From an uncultured Nitrospirota bacterium (GTDB lineage Bacteria > Nitrospirota > Nitrospiria > SBBL01 > CAZOFZ01), in NCBI GenBank assembly GCA_964579175.1, contig CAZOFZ010000001.1, forward strand, positions 7,549 through 42,581: a DNA stretch of 35,033 bases. The letters run 5' to 3'. The notes below the pieces were generated by a model. It was not told the origin of the DNA, searched no databases, and saw nothing but the letters and a program-made list of their open reading frames with translations. Positions 1 through 9,927 of this stretch are shown here, piece after piece. The position numbers and the translations under genes are program-made. Every line of letters starts with the position of its first letter. Within the stretch, counting starts at the first letter, position 1.

Positions 1-26
1 GTAACCGTTACGTGCGTGACACCCAT
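1..26 (-). CDS. nuoD: possible 5' end of NADH-quinone oxidoreductase subunit D (partial, runs off window)
   Basis: ATG at 26..24 (minus) opens a frame (MGVTHVTV...) that runs off the window edge, 68 nt downstream of the nuoC stop. The call rests only on the conserved nuoA-B-C-D order; 8 codons are too few to recognise by sequence. Confidence 0.25.
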
Positions 27-94
27 TTTTCGCCAACCGTATCAATGTGGAATCGGATCGCCGATTGAGCGTCCGATTAGGTTTCTTATGCGTG

Positions 95-577
95 TCACGC
101 CATAAAGTCGTCGAATGTATCCCGCCATCCTTTCCCCTCCACGGGGAAGTCTTTTCGCAGGGGATACCCTTCGTCATACTCCTCGGTCATCAGGATGCGG
201 CGCAGGTCGGGGTGATTGTTGAAGGTAATCCCCATCATGTCATAGACCTCCCGCTCCAGGAAATTTGCCCCACGCCAGATGTGGCAGACGGAGTCAATGC
301 GGCAGTCCTCTTCCGGCACGCGGGCCTTGACCCGAATGCGATGCTTTTTTTCGATGGAATAGAAATGATAGACCACCTCAAAACGGAGCATCTCGTTCGG
401 AAAATCCACGGCGGTAACGTCCGTAATGTGGTCGAAGTCCATATCGGGGTCGTCATGGAGCAACGTGCAGACGGCCACGATCTTCTCCCGCGGGACGGAA
501 ACCGAAAGCTCTCCCAGCGCTTCTCGGACAACCGCTTCGGGGAAGCATGAATGGACTTTATCCGTAATCTGGCGCAT
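95..577 (-). CDS. nuoC: NADH-quinone oxidoreductase subunit C (30-kDa subunit)
   Basis: ORF 95..721 trimmed to the first ATG after the nuoB stop. Conserved core HIWRGANFLEREVYDMMGITFNNHPDLRRILM...YPLRKDFP. Position follows nuoB. Confidence 0.9.
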   Translation of the reverse strand: MRQITDKVHSCFPEAVVREALGELSVSVPREKIVAVCTLLHDDPDMDFDHITDVTAVDFPNEMLRFEVVYHFYSIEKKHRIRVKARVPEEDCRIDSVCHIWRGANFLEREVYDMMGITFNNHPDLRRILMTEEYDEGYPLRKDFPVEGKGWRDTFDDFMA

Positions 578-608
578 CGATTGGATGGAAGATGGGAGGG
601 TTACGGGG

Positions 609-1088
609 TTATCGCGTGAAGACCTTTTCCTGCATGATCTTTTCCTGAAGCCGCAGGATACCGGCAAACAGGGCCTCCGGTCGGGGGGGGCATCCGGGGA
701 CGTAGATGTCCACCGGCACAAAACGATCCACCCCCTGCACCACGCTGTAGCTGTTGTAGATGTTCCCGGAGGTGGCGCAGGAACCCATGGAGATCACATA
801 GCGCGGCTCCGGCATCTGGTCGTAGATTCTGCGGATTACGGGGGCCATCTTGCGGCAAACCGTCCCGGCCACAATCATCAGATCGGACTGTCGAGGGGAA
901 GCGCGAAAGACCCCGGCGCCAAAACGATCCAGATCGAACTTGGAGGAAACGGCGGCGATCATCTCGATCGCGCAGCAGGCCAGACCGAACGTCATCGGCC
1001 ACAACGCCGACTTTCTGGCCCAGTTGACCATCGAGTCGAGCGAGGTGGTCATGACGTTCGCTTCAAATTGGCGGTCCATCAATCCCAT
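609..1088 (-). CDS. nuoB: NADH-quinone oxidoreductase subunit B (PSST/20-kDa, cluster N2)
   Basis: [22 protein letters not shown] and [12 protein letters not shown] motifs carry the conserved Cys ligands. Lies between nuoA and nuoC. Confidence 0.95.
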   Translation of the reverse strand: MGLMDRQFEANVMTTSLDSMVNWARKSALWPMTFGLACCAIEMIAAVSSKFDLDRFGAGVFRASPRQSDLMIVAGTVCRKMAPVIRRIYDQMPEPRYVISMGSCATSGNIYNSYSVVQGVDRFVPVDIYVPGCPPRPEALFAGILRLQEKIMQEKVFTR

Positions 1089-1450
1089 TCGAGTGCACCT
1101 TTCTTCCAGGCATAAAAATAGCCGACCAGCAGAATCGAGAGAAAAACGATCATCTCGACCAAAGCGAACAGCCCCAATTGGTTAAACGTGACGGCCCACG
1201 GATAAAGAAACACGACTTCGATATCGAACACCACAAACAGCATGGCGATCATGTAATAGCGCAACGGGAACCGCTGCCGTGCGTCGGTGGTGGGGTGCAT
1301 GCCCGACTCGTAGGGGTAGAGCTTATCGGTGTAGGGCCGCTTGGGGCGTAACAGGTTGCCCGCCAGGATCGTAACCGCGCCAAACCCAAAGGCAATGACG
1401 GAAAAAATCAGGATCGGCAGATAATTCGACGGCAACTGTGGATCGGACAC
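1079..1450 (-). CDS. nuoA: NADH-quinone oxidoreductase subunit A
   Basis: 123 aa, three hydrophobic helices. YESGM...[27 protein letters not shown] matches the NuoA/ND3 signature. 10-nt overlap with the nuoB start. Confidence 0.9.
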   Translation of the reverse strand: MSDPQLPSNYLPILIFSVIAFGFGAVTILAGNLLRPKRPYTDKLYPYESGMHPTTDARQRFPLRYYMIAMLFVVFDIEVVFLYPWAVTFNQLGLFALVEMIVFLSILLVGYFYAWKKGALEWD

Positions 1451-1608
1451 CCTTCCTCCCCCTCTCGATCGAAGAGAGGCCCATCCTAAAATAGACGTTC
1501 CGCAATGTCAATCACCCGCATAATACGTGGCCCCATACATGGCCTTGAAAATCGCTCCGGGTTCATAGTACCATCGCACTCCGTCGGTAAACTTTGGAGG
1601 AATTTCCA

Positions 1609-2418
1609 TTGAGCGCAGTCGCATTCACGGAATTACTGGAAGCGGGTGTTCACTTTGGCCACAAAGCCAATCGGTGGCACCCGAAAATGGAACGGTATAT
1701 CTTTGGACAACGCAACGGCGTTCACGTCATAGATTTGCACCAGACGGTGCAAAAGCTGTCGGTCGCCTGCGATTTCGTTCGAGACCTGGCCATGCAGGGG
1801 AAGGGCGTCCTGTTTGTCGGAACGAAACGCCAGGCACAGGAAATCGTGATGGAGCGGGCACGGGCGTGTGGCGCCTTCTATGTCAGTCACCGTTGGTGTG
1901 GCGGCATGCTTACCAATTTTTCAACGATCCGGAAAGGGATCGAAAAGCTGAAGAAACTGGAAGCGGCGCGCGAAGATGGAACGCACGAGCGGCTCCCCAA
2001 GAAAGAGGTATTCCAGCTTGAAAAAGAGCGGGAGCGCCTGGAGCAGAGCCTGGGGGGTATCAAGGAGATGTCCGACCTGCCGGCGGCGGTCTTTATCGTG
2101 GACATCATCCGGGAGAACACGGCCGTGTTGGAGGCCCGACGACTGGGCATCCCGGTTGTGGCCATGGTGGATACGAACTGCAATCCGGATCGGGTGGACT
2201 ATGTCATTCCGGGCAACGACGATGCCCTGCGTGCCATCCGTCTGGTGACCGACCGGATGGCTGCCGCCGTCCTGGAAGGGCGCGGCCTCTACGAGAAGCG
2301 CGAAAAACGGGCGCCTCTGCCAACTTCCTCTGCCAGTGCATCGGTTGTCCGGACCGATGGATCGGCCGCACCGGCCGCACCGGTGGAACCGCCCCCCTCC
2401 GGCATTAAGTGGGACTAA
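1609..2418 (+). CDS. rpsB: 30S ribosomal protein S2 (uS2)
   Basis: LLEAGVHFGHKANRWHPKM and LGIPVVAMVDTNCNPD motifs. GGAGG at 1596-1600 favours the TTG at 1609; the open frame also allows TTG at 1594. Confidence 0.95.
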   Translation: MSAVAFTELLEAGVHFGHKANRWHPKMERYIFGQRNGVHVIDLHQTVQKLSVACDFVRDLAMQGKGVLFVGTKRQAQEIVMERARACGAFYVSHRWCGGMLTNFSTIRKGIEKLKKLEAAREDGTHERLPKKEVFQLEKERERLEQSLGGIKEMSDLPAAVFIVDIIRENTAVLEARRLGIPVVAMVDTNCNPDRVDYVIPGNDDALRAIRLVTDRMAAAVLEGRGLYEKREKRAPLPTSSASASVVRTDGSAAPAAPVEPPPSGIKWD

Positions 2419-2420
2419 AA

Positions 2421-2450
2421 GTCCTGCGGACGGCGTCCCGCTTCGCGCGG
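2421..2450. repeat. copy of dispersed ~30-nt repeat (gtcctgcggacggcg core)
   Basis: My hand alignment gives 24/30 identity to 29110-29139, including a 15-nt identical core. It lies 2 nt after the rpsB stop codon. Confidence 0.75.
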
Positions 2451-2491
2451 TAATCCATCGTATTGAGAGATTGAGGATTCCGAGCATTGTG

Positions 2492-2523
2492 GGCGTCGCG
2501 TGCCCGCAGGCGTCGCGTGCCCG
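2492..2523. repeat. tandem 15-mer (ggcgtcgcgtgcccg x2, 2-nt spacer) in the rpsB-tsf spacer
   Basis: Perfect copies at 2492-2506 and 2509-2523, read directly from the sequence. Confidence 0.9.
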
Positions 2524-2593
2524 TGCCGCATGCGGTTTGGATGCTGCGGCTGGGATAGATTCTGGGATGTATTCGTAGCTACTTTGGAGTGTT

Positions 2594-3202
2594 ATGTCGC
2601 CCACCGAAATGATCAAGCTGCTCCGGGAACAGACCGGAGTGGGAATGATGGACTGCAAGACGGCCCTGGCCCAATCGGCGTGGGATATGGATAAGGCCGT
2701 TGACTTTTTACGCAAGAAGGGGCTGGCGGCTGCGGGGAAGAAGGCCGGGCGCGCAACCCAAGCCGGCGTTGTCGGGACTTACATCCACGCCGGAGGGAAG
2801 ATCGGCGTGCTCATCGAGGTGAATTGCGAGACCGATTTTGTCGGGCGCAACGTCGAGTTCCAGGACCTGGTCCGCGATCTGGCGATGCAGGTGGCAGGGG
2901 CTTCTCCCGTTCCACGCTATATTCGGCGGGAGGAGGTTGCAGCCGACATCATCGAAAAGGAAGAGGCCATTTATCTGGCGCAGGCGAAAGAGAGTAAAAA
3001 GCCGGAGGCGGTGCTCCAGAAAATTGTGGCGGGGAAGGTGGATAAGTTTCTCCAGGAAATCTGCCTGCTGGAGCAGAAGTTTATCAAGAACCCGGACATC
3101 ACCGTCCAGGAACTGGTCTCCCAAAAGATCGCGAAGCTGGGGGAGAACATCCAGGTCTGCCGGTTTACACGCTATCAACTGGGCGAGACGGGTGGGGTCT
3201 GA
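2594..3202 (+). CDS. tsf: translation elongation factor Ts (short ~200-aa form)
   Basis: N-terminal UBA-like [16 protein letters not shown], then [13 protein letters not shown] lies 6 nt upstream of the ATG. Follows rpsB as in the canonical rpsB-tsf operon. Confidence 0.95.
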   Translation: MSPTEMIKLLREQTGVGMMDCKTALAQSAWDMDKAVDFLRKKGLAAAGKKAGRATQAGVVGTYIHAGGKIGVLIEVNCETDFVGRNVEFQDLVRDLAMQVAGASPVPRYIRREEVAADIIEKEEAIYLAQAKESKKPEAVLQKIVAGKVDKFLQEICLLEQKFIKNPDITVQELVSQKIAKLGENIQVCRFTRYQLGETGGV

Positions 3203-3209
3203 CCGAATC

Positions 3210-3950
3210 ATGGCGACATCCAAGTACAGGCGGGTCTTGCTGAAGGTCAGCGGGGAGGTCTTGGCCGGAGAGCAGCACTATGGCATTGACCCCAAGATGC
3301 TGGATACGATCTCGGACGGGATCAAGGAGATGGTCACGCTGGGGGCGGAAACGGCCGTCGTCATCGGCGGCGGGAACATCTTCCGTGGCGTTGCGGGGAG
3401 TGCCGCCGGCATGGAGCGCTCTTCGGCGGACTATATGGGAATGCTGGCCACAGTGCTCAACGCCCTGGCGCTTCAGAATGTGCTGGAACAAAAAGGGGTC
3501 GTCACACGGGTGCAGTCGGCCATCGAGATGAGGTCGCTGGCCGAAATTTACATCCGTCGGAAGGCGATCCGACACCTGGAAAAGGGGCGGGTCCTGATTC
3601 TGGCCGCGGGGACCGGGAACCCCTATTTTTCGACCGACACTGCGGCCGTTCTGCGTGCCATGGAGATCGGCGCCGACCTCATCTTGAAGGGAACCAGGGT
3701 GGACGGCGTATTCGACCGCGACCCGGTCAAATATCCCGATGCCGTGCAGTTTCGCACCCTGACCTTTTTTCAAGTGATCGAAAAGCGGCTGGAAATCATG
3801 GATTCGACGGCGATGACCCTCTGCATGGACAACAACCTCCGACTCATGGTGTTCAACATCAAAGAGACCGCCAATATCAAGCGGGTGCTCCTGGGCGAAC
3901 ATGTCGGGACGCTCGTCACGAAGGAGGAAGCGGATGTTCTCGGACATTAA
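3210..3950 (+). CDS. pyrH: UMP kinase
   Basis: ORF 2838..3950 trimmed to the ATG at 3210 ([16 protein letters not shown]). Motifs [19 protein letters not shown] and [12 protein letters not shown]. Confidence 0.95.
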   Translation: MATSKYRRVLLKVSGEVLAGEQHYGIDPKMLDTISDGIKEMVTLGAETAVVIGGGNIFRGVAGSAAGMERSSADYMGMLATVLNALALQNVLEQKGVVTRVQSAIEMRSLAEIYIRRKAIRHLEKGRVLILAAGTGNPYFSTDTAAVLRAMEIGADLILKGTRVDGVFDRDPVKYPDAVQFRTLTFFQVIEKRLEIMDSTAMTLCMDNNLRLMVFNIKETANIKRVLLGEHVGTLVTKEEADVLGH

Positions 3951-4491
3951 GACGCGGATGCAGGGAAAGATGGATCGTGCCATCGAAAATCTGATGACGG
4001 GTCTGTCCGGCATTCGGACGGGGCGCGCCTCCCTGATTCCGTTCGACGGCGTTCAGGTGAACTACTACGGGACGCAGACCCCGCTCAAGCAGATGGCCAG
4101 TCTCTCCATCCCCGACAGCCGGTCCGTGCTCATCCAGCCCTGGGACCTCACGCAGATTCCGTCCATCGAAAAGGCGATTCAGACTTCCGGGCTGGGTCTG
4201 ACGCCATCGAACGACGGAAAGGTCATCCGGGTCGGCATCCCCCCCCTGACCCAGGAACGGAGAAAAGAACTGACAAAGTGGGTGGGGAAACTGGGCGAAG
4301 AGTGTAAAGTCGCGATTCGGAACGTCCGCCGCGAAGTCAACGACGAGGTGAAGGCCCTGCAGAAAAAAGGGGATCTGTCGGAAGACGACGCGCGGCGCCT
4401 CCACGACGAGGGGCAGAAAATCACCGACCAGATGATCGCGAAGGTGGACGAGGCCCTCCGCAAGAAAGAAAAAGAAATCATGGAAGTTTAA
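3934..4491 (+). CDS. frr: ribosome recycling factor
   Basis: ATG at 3934 preceded by AAGGAGG at 3921-3927. IRTGRASL and [14 protein letters not shown] motifs. 17-nt overlap with pyrH. Confidence 0.95.
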   Translation: MFSDIKTRMQGKMDRAIENLMTGLSGIRTGRASLIPFDGVQVNYYGTQTPLKQMASLSIPDSRSVLIQPWDLTQIPSIEKAIQTSGLGLTPSNDGKVIRVGIPPLTQERRKELTKWVGKLGEECKVAIRNVRREVNDEVKALQKKGDLSEDDARRLHDEGQKITDQMIAKVDEALRKKEKEIMEV

Positions 4492-4495
4492 CGAA

Positions 4496-4523
4496 CTCAC
4501 GGGACGGACCGTGGGTTCTTTCC
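4496..4523 (+). terminator. possible intrinsic terminator after frr
   Basis: About 7-bp stem (ctcacgg / ccgtggg, one G-U pair) with a 6-nt loop, followed by ttctttcc. Weak U-tract. Confidence 0.3.
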
Positions 4524-4592
4524 CCCTCCCTCGTTCGAGCGCCCTCCCAATCCGCATCGCACGTCCACATCGTCCGCATAAGCCATAGAGGC

Positions 4593-5756
4593 ATGTCGTT
4601 GCGCTCCGCCGGTAAGATAGAGATTGATCTGGCCGCGCTCTCGCACAATCTTCGGCAGGTTCGGATTCGCCACAAAAACATCCTGGCCGTCGTCAAGGCA
4701 GATGCCTATGGGCATGGCGCGGTGGAGGTGGCGCGCGCCCTGACCCGAGACGCCGGGGTGTTCATGCTCGGCGTGGCCTATTTGGACGAGGCGATCTCGC
4801 TTCGGTCGGCGGGTGTTGCCCTCCCCATCCTGTTGATGACGGGCGCCCCGGCGGACCAGATTCCCGAAATCGTCCACCATCGGATTACCCCCGTCCTCTT
4901 TGACGCCCAATCGTTGACCCTGCTGGGCCAATATCTTGAGACCCACCGCCAGACGATGAACGTCCATATCAAAGTGGACACGGGCATGGGGCGGTTGGGG
5001 GTGTCGGTGGCCGACGCGCCCGATCTGATTCGGAAGGCCCATGCGCAATATGGTCTCCGCGTGGAAGGCCTCCTGACCCACCTTGCGGATGCCGATCTCC
5101 AGGACCTCTCCTTTGCCAGAGAGCAGATCTCTCGCTTTGAGGGTCTGCGATCTCTGTTGGCACGCGACGGTCTCCCGATCCGCCATTGTCATTTTGCCAA
5201 TAGCGCTGCTATCATGCGTCTCGACACGTTGGGCGCGGCGGATACGGATTTGGTGCGGCCCGGGCTGATGCTCTACGGTTATGTGTCGGGGGGCGGCGGC
5301 CGTTCGCTCCGTCCGGTCATGCGGGTGCGGGCCCGCGTACTGGCGATTCGCAATTTTCCGGCGGGGACGGGCATCGGCTATGGACACACCTATACGACTT
5401 CTCGGGAAAGCCGGATTGCCGTGACCTCCATCGGTTATGCCGACGGCTATCCGCTCGCCCTCTCCAACAAAGGGGTTATGCTGGCCGGCGGGCGTCGTGT
5501 GCCGGTGGTGGGCCGGGTCTGCATGGACATGACGATGATTGACGTCACCGCCGTCCCCTCCCTCCAGGTCGGGGATTGGGTGACGGTCATCGGGGCGGAA
5601 GGGGACGCATTCGTCGGCGCGGATGAACTGGCCCGTTTGTGTGAGACGATCCCCTACGAGATTCTTTGCGGCGTCGGCAGCCGCATCCCAAGACACTACG
5701 TTTCCTCCTCTCCATCTTCAGGAGATTCCCTAGGAGATTCTCCCGCGGAGTTCTGA
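4593..5756 (+). CDS. alr: alanine racemase
   Basis: PLP-lysine motif AVVKADAYGHG, plus GYADGYP and GRVCMDM. Confidence 0.92.
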   Translation: MSLRSAGKIEIDLAALSHNLRQVRIRHKNILAVVKADAYGHGAVEVARALTRDAGVFMLGVAYLDEAISLRSAGVALPILLMTGAPADQIPEIVHHRITPVLFDAQSLTLLGQYLETHRQTMNVHIKVDTGMGRLGVSVADAPDLIRKAHAQYGLRVEGLLTHLADADLQDLSFAREQISRFEGLRSLLARDGLPIRHCHFANSAAIMRLDTLGAADTDLVRPGLMLYGYVSGGGGRSLRPVMRVRARVLAIRNFPAGTGIGYGHTYTTSRESRIAVTSIGYADGYPLALSNKGVMLAGGRRVPVVGRVCMDMTMIDVTAVPSLQVGDWVTVIGAEGDAFVGADELARLCETIPYEILCGVGSRIPRHYVSSSPSSGDSLGDSPAEF

Positions 5757-5765
5757 CAGGCACCC

Positions 5766-6533
5766 ATGCGCTGGATTCGGACGATCGGGGCCTGGGGTAT
5801 CCGGTTTTTGACGGAACTGGGGTCCATCGGACTTCTCTTCGGACAAGCCTCCATGGGGGTTGTACGCCGTCCATTCGATCTGCGCGGCATTGCACGCCAG
5901 ATGGACGCCGTGGGGGTCGGCTCCATTCCGGTGGTGCTGATTACGGCCAGTTTTACCGGCATGGTGCTGGCGCTCCAGAGTCACACGGGATTCAAACGCT
6001 TCAACGCGGAGGGGCTGGTCGGCACGGTCGTGGCCCTCTCCATGACGCGGGAGCTGGGGCCGGTGCTGACCGGTCTCATCGTGGCCGGACGCGCGGGGGC
6101 CGCCATGGCCGCCGAACTGGGCACGATGAAAGTCACCGAACAGGTGGACGCCCTCGCCACCCTGGGCGTCCATCCGGTGAAATACCTCATCACGCCGCGC
6201 CTGCTGGCCGGGCTGCTCATGCTCCCCGTCCTGACCATCCTGGCCGACCTCGTCGGCATCATGGGGGGCTATTTCCTGTCGGTGCAACTCCTGGACGCCA
6301 ACCCCGAAGTCTATCTCCGCAGGACGCAACAATATCTGGAGGTTGCGGACATCTTCGGAGGCATCCTGAAAGCGGCCGTTTTCGGGATTCTCATTGCCAC
6401 CGTAAGCTGCTACAAAGGCTTCCAGGCCGAGGGTGGCGCGGAGGGGGTCGGGAAGGCCACAACCGGCGCCGTGGTCCTTTCCGAAATGCTCATCCTGATT
6501 TCCGATTATTTCCTGACGGCCCTGCTATTCTGA
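5766..6533 (+). CDS. mlaE: MlaE/YrbE-family ABC transporter permease
   Basis: 255 aa, multi-TM. TRELGPVLTGLIVAGRAGAAMAAELGTMKVTEQVDAL is the MlaE family signature. Confidence 0.85.
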   Translation: MRWIRTIGAWGIRFLTELGSIGLLFGQASMGVVRRPFDLRGIARQMDAVGVGSIPVVLITASFTGMVLALQSHTGFKRFNAEGLVGTVVALSMTRELGPVLTGLIVAGRAGAAMAAELGTMKVTEQVDALATLGVHPVKYLITPRLLAGLLMLPVLTILADLVGIMGGYFLSVQLLDANPEVYLRRTQQYLEVADIFGGILKAAVFGILIATVSCYKGFQAEGGAEGVGKATTGAVVLSEMLILISDYFLTALLF

Positions 6534-6573
6534 ACGTTTTCAATTTTGTCGGGCCGTCTTATCATTGCGGGCC

Positions 6574-7866
6574 ATGACCCACTATGAACAGGCCATTGAT
6601 TATCTGTATCGTTTACAGTGGCACGGCATTCGGCCCGGCCTGGAACGGATGGCGCAGCTCCTTGCGGCACTCGGCAATCCCCACCGGAAATTCAAATCCG
6701 TTCATGTCGGTGGGACAAACGGCAAGGGCTCCACATCCGCCCTGCTGGCCTCCGTTCTGCAACGGGGCGGGTATCGGGTCGGCCTCTATACCTCTCCCCA
6801 TCTGATCGATTTTTCCGAACGCATCCGCATCGGCGGCGTCCCCATTTCCGAATCGCAACTGGTCCACCTCACGCAAATGCTCCGGGGGCACATCGAGGCG
6901 CTGGGGCTTGCCGATCGGATCACCTTTTTCGAGTTGACGACGGCGATGGCCTTCGTCTATTTTGCGGAGTCGAACGTGGATTGGGCCGTCGTCGAGGTGG
7001 GACTGGGAGGACGGTTCGATGCCACCAATCTGCTGGCCCCCGAAGTCAGCGCCATTACCCATATTGACCTGGACCATGAACAGTTTCTGGGCGCCACGTT
7101 GCTGGACATTGCCCGGGAGAAGGCCGGCATTATTAAAATGGAGACGCCCATCGTTACCGGCGCTTCGCAACCGGAAGTCCTGGGCTACTTCGCCGAAGTG
7201 GCGCAATCGAAACGGGCTCCGCTGCTGCGGCTGGGGCATGAAATGACCGTGCAGGGGGACGCGCCCCACGATTTTCGCTACCGGGGGATTCGGACCTGGG
7301 ACGTTGAATGTCCGCTCCCGGGGCGTCACCAGATTTCAAACTGCGCCGTTGCGTTGGGGGCGATCGAACAACTGCGGCAAAAAGGGGTGCCGCTCGCCGA
7401 CGCGGACATCCTGGAAGGGATCCGAACGACCCGCTGGCCCGGACGGCTCTCGACGGTGCGGCAACGTCCGCTGATTCTCCTGGATGGGGCACATAATCCT
7501 GCGGGTGCGCGGGCACTGGCCGCCCACCTGACGGAGGTGGACCCAAAGCGGCGCGGCGTCCATTGGATGATTGTCGGCATGATGCGGGATAAAGATGGAT
7601 CAGGTATTCTGGCCCCCCTGATTTCCTGGGCGGACGCGGTGGTCTTGACCCGCCCGAACGTGGAACGGGGTGCCGATCCCGCGCAGTGGATTCCATCCCT
7701 GAAAAACCCTCCCGCGGCCATCCTGCCCCGCCTGCCGGACGCCATTGCCCACGTCGAATTGCGCCTCAGGCCGGAGGACACGCTGCTTATCACCGGATCG
7801 CTGTATATCGTGGGCGAAGCGGCCGCCTACTTCGAAGGACGCACCCCCTCGCTTCCGAGAGGATAG
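6574..7866 (+). CDS. folC: bifunctional folylpolyglutamate synthase / dihydrofolate synthase
   Basis: Mur-ligase P-loop HVGGTNGKGST and the later DGAHNP motif. ATG at 6574; an in-frame TTG at 6565 is also possible. Confidence 0.9.
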   Translation: MTHYEQAIDYLYRLQWHGIRPGLERMAQLLAALGNPHRKFKSVHVGGTNGKGSTSALLASVLQRGGYRVGLYTSPHLIDFSERIRIGGVPISESQLVHLTQMLRGHIEALGLADRITFFELTTAMAFVYFAESNVDWAVVEVGLGGRFDATNLLAPEVSAITHIDLDHEQFLGATLLDIAREKAGIIKMETPIVTGASQPEVLGYFAEVAQSKRAPLLRLGHEMTVQGDAPHDFRYRGIRTWDVECPLPGRHQISNCAVALGAIEQLRQKGVPLADADILEGIRTTRWPGRLSTVRQRPLILLDGAHNPAGARALAAHLTEVDPKRRGVHWMIVGMMRDKDGSGILAPLISWADAVVLTRPNVERGADPAQWIPSLKNPPAAILPRLPDAIAHVELRLRPEDTLLITGSLYIVGEAAAYFEGRTPSLPRG

Positions 7867-7869
7867 CCG

Positions 7870-9894
7870 ATGCCATCTGGGAGGGGATTATGCCGTGGAT
7901 GGAGGGCGTTCTGCCTGTTCGTTTTCCCGCTTCTTCCCGGCATTGTCCACGCACAATTGTCTCCGGAGATGCAGGAGGCGCCGATTCATCTGACGGCGGA
8001 CCGGCTGGAGCATCGGGCGGACGTCTATGATGCCGAGGGATCCGTCGTTGTCACGCAGGGACCTTTGCGCCTTTCGACCGATCGGCTTCGCTTCGACGCA
8101 CGAAGCGGGGATATGGAGATTCGCGGGGGGCTGCAACTGACGGAGGGGGAGAATCGTCTTTCCGCCGAGGAGGCCGATCTGAATCTCCACACACAGCGGG
8201 GCTGGCTGACACAGGGGCATCTGTTTCTGGCACGGGAGCACTATTTTCTGGAAGGGGAACGGATCGAGCGGCTGGGGCCGGATCGCTATCTCCTCCAGAC
8301 CGCCTCGTTCACCCCCTGCGACTGCGATCCGGACTGGCAAATTCGGGCGCGGCAGTTGCGCCTGGACGCGGATCGTCTGGTGGCGCGGGGGGTGCGCTTC
8401 CGGGCGGGCGGCCTGCCGGTCCTCTATCTCCCTTATTTCGCCTATCCCACCCAGGCCCGTGCCACGGGGTTCCTGACCCCCCATCTGGGCTACAGCTCTC
8501 GGGACGGTTTTCGATATCGGCAGGACTTCTTTCTCACGATCGGGCCGAGTCGGGATGCGACCTTTTCCTGGAACGATCGCGGTGCGACGGGCCGGGGAGG
8601 GGGGATCGAATATCGCTATCGGCTGTCAGAGCGGGATGGCGGGGAGATGCAAGTGGACTTTCTGCGCGACGACGAACAACAAACCGACCGGCTCGACCTG
8701 CTCTATCGGCACACCCAGCAGTTCGGCCAGCAGACGCGGCTGATGCTGGATTTGCGGTATCTTCATCCGCGCGACAACCTGCGCATCCTGGGCGACGACG
8801 TGGCGCAACGTAGTCGCACCTCCATCCTCTCCGACGCGGTTTTGAGCTATCACGGGGAGCGGGTTGCGGCCTATTTGCTCGCGCAATACGCGGCGGACAT
8901 AAACGACCGGAATCGAGATTTGGCCCGACTTCCGGAGATCGGTCTGCAACTCCCTTCGCGCCCGGTGGGACCGCTTCGGGGCCGGTTCGACGGCCGCATC
9001 GCACGATTTTTTCGGCCCGCCGAGGCTGGTGTACGGGGCACACGGATAGACCTCTATCCACACGTTTCGAAACCGATTACGTGGGGGGGGATCTGGACCC
9101 CCTGGGTCGGGTTGCGCGCGGTGGGGTACCACGCCCAGACGGATGGCACCTCCCTCACCCGAAACATTGTCCCGGCGGGTCTCCATTGGGAGACGCGGCT
9201 TACTCGCCGTGGGGCGCGGTCTCTGCATGAGGTGACGCCGATGCTCCGATACGGATATATCGCCGCAGAGGAGGCCGACGTGCCGCAGTATGACGATCTG
9301 GACCGGATTGCGGATCGCAACGCGCTGACGGCCGTGCTGGAACAACGGTGGTTGGCGGCGGACGCGACCGAACGCGGATGGCTCCGCCTAAGCCGCAGTT
9401 ATCACCTTCGGCCCCATCACGGGCCTTCCGATCTGCGCGGGGAGATGCGCGTCTCTCCGCGGCCCGGTTTCTGGTTGGAAGTGGACTCTTTTTTCGGGAC
9501 AAATCGAATGGCGCTCTGGAACGCCGACCTGCGTCTGAATGCCCGATCCGACTTCGATCTGTCCCTGGGGCATCGTTACGCGCGGGAGGGGACGATCCCA
9601 AAACGGGGCGATCTTTTCGATCCGCTCTATTTGGGGGATTCCGCACCGACCCCGCGCGTTTCGCACCTCACCTACCAAGTCGCGCTGGATGTCGGTCCGG
9701 GCGTGCGCGTCAGCAGCCGGGCCGATCTGGATATGGATCAGGGGACCTTTCCCGAAAGAAAGTATGCCCTCCAGTACGATCAAGCCTGCTGGGGGATGAC
9801 ATTCACCTACACGGACCTCCCGGACCGTAACGTCTTCTCCTTCTCCGTCCGCCTGAAAGGCCTGGGCGAGCGTACATCCACGCTTCCGGAGTAG
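7870..9894 (+). CDS. lptD: LPS-assembly outer-membrane protein LptD (OstA family)
   Basis: Signal peptide (...LLPGIVHAQ), OstA-like N-terminal beta-jellyroll segment (IHLTADRLEH...GSVVVTQG...LRLSTDRLRFD), then a long Tyr/Arg/Asp-rich beta-barrel region. Confidence 0.8.
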   Translation: MPSGRGLCRGWRAFCLFVFPLLPGIVHAQLSPEMQEAPIHLTADRLEHRADVYDAEGSVVVTQGPLRLSTDRLRFDARSGDMEIRGGLQLTEGENRLSAEEADLNLHTQRGWLTQGHLFLAREHYFLEGERIERLGPDRYLLQTASFTPCDCDPDWQIRARQLRLDADRLVARGVRFRAGGLPVLYLPYFAYPTQARATGFLTPHLGYSSRDGFRYRQDFFLTIGPSRDATFSWNDRGATGRGGGIEYRYRLSERDGGEMQVDFLRDDEQQTDRLDLLYRHTQQFGQQTRLMLDLRYLHPRDNLRILGDDVAQRSRTSILSDAVLSYHGERVAAYLLAQYAADINDRNRDLARLPEIGLQLPSRPVGPLRGRFDGRIARFFRPAEAGVRGTRIDLYPHVSKPITWGGIWTPWVGLRAVGYHAQTDGTSLTRNIVPAGLHWETRLTRRGARSLHEVTPMLRYGYIAAEEADVPQYDDLDRIADRNALTAVLEQRWLAADATERGWLRLSRSYHLRPHHGPSDLRGEMRVSPRPGFWLEVDSFFGTNRMALWNADLRLNARSDFDLSLGHRYAREGTIPKRGDLFDPLYLGDSAPTPRVSHLTYQVALDVGPGVRVSSRADLDMDQGTFPERKYALQYDQACWGMTFTYTDLPDRNVFSFSVRLKGLGERTSTLPE

Positions 9895-9927
9895 ATCGCA
9901 AGGTGCCCTGTATCCTGACTCCGGGCG

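Noticed and set aside
1451-1593. sigma70 promoter for rpsB (TTGAAA at 1545-1550)
   Set aside because: No acceptable -10 hexamer lies 16-18 nt downstream (the best are TAGTAC/CATAGT at wrong spacing), so it is not reported as a feature.
1921-2715. 264-aa minus-strand ORF spanning the rpsB 3' end, spacer and tsf 5' end
   Set aside because: Overlaps two strongly supported ribosomal/translation genes in antisense, with no motifs.
2838-3209. N-terminal 124-aa extension of the pyrH ORF
   Set aside because: Lies in an alternative frame of tsf. UMP kinase homology begins at the ATG at 3210 ([16 protein letters not shown]).
4497-5696. 399-aa ORF on the minus strand
   Set aside because: Fully antisense to alanine racemase. 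Arg/Gly/Pro/His-rich with no recognisable motif, which is typical of a shadow ORF in high-GC DNA.
5666-6577. 303-aa plus-strand ORF rich in R/G/H/P
   Set aside because: Alternative frame over mlaE. The mlaE frame gives a coherent multi-TM permease with the family signature; this one is low-complexity.
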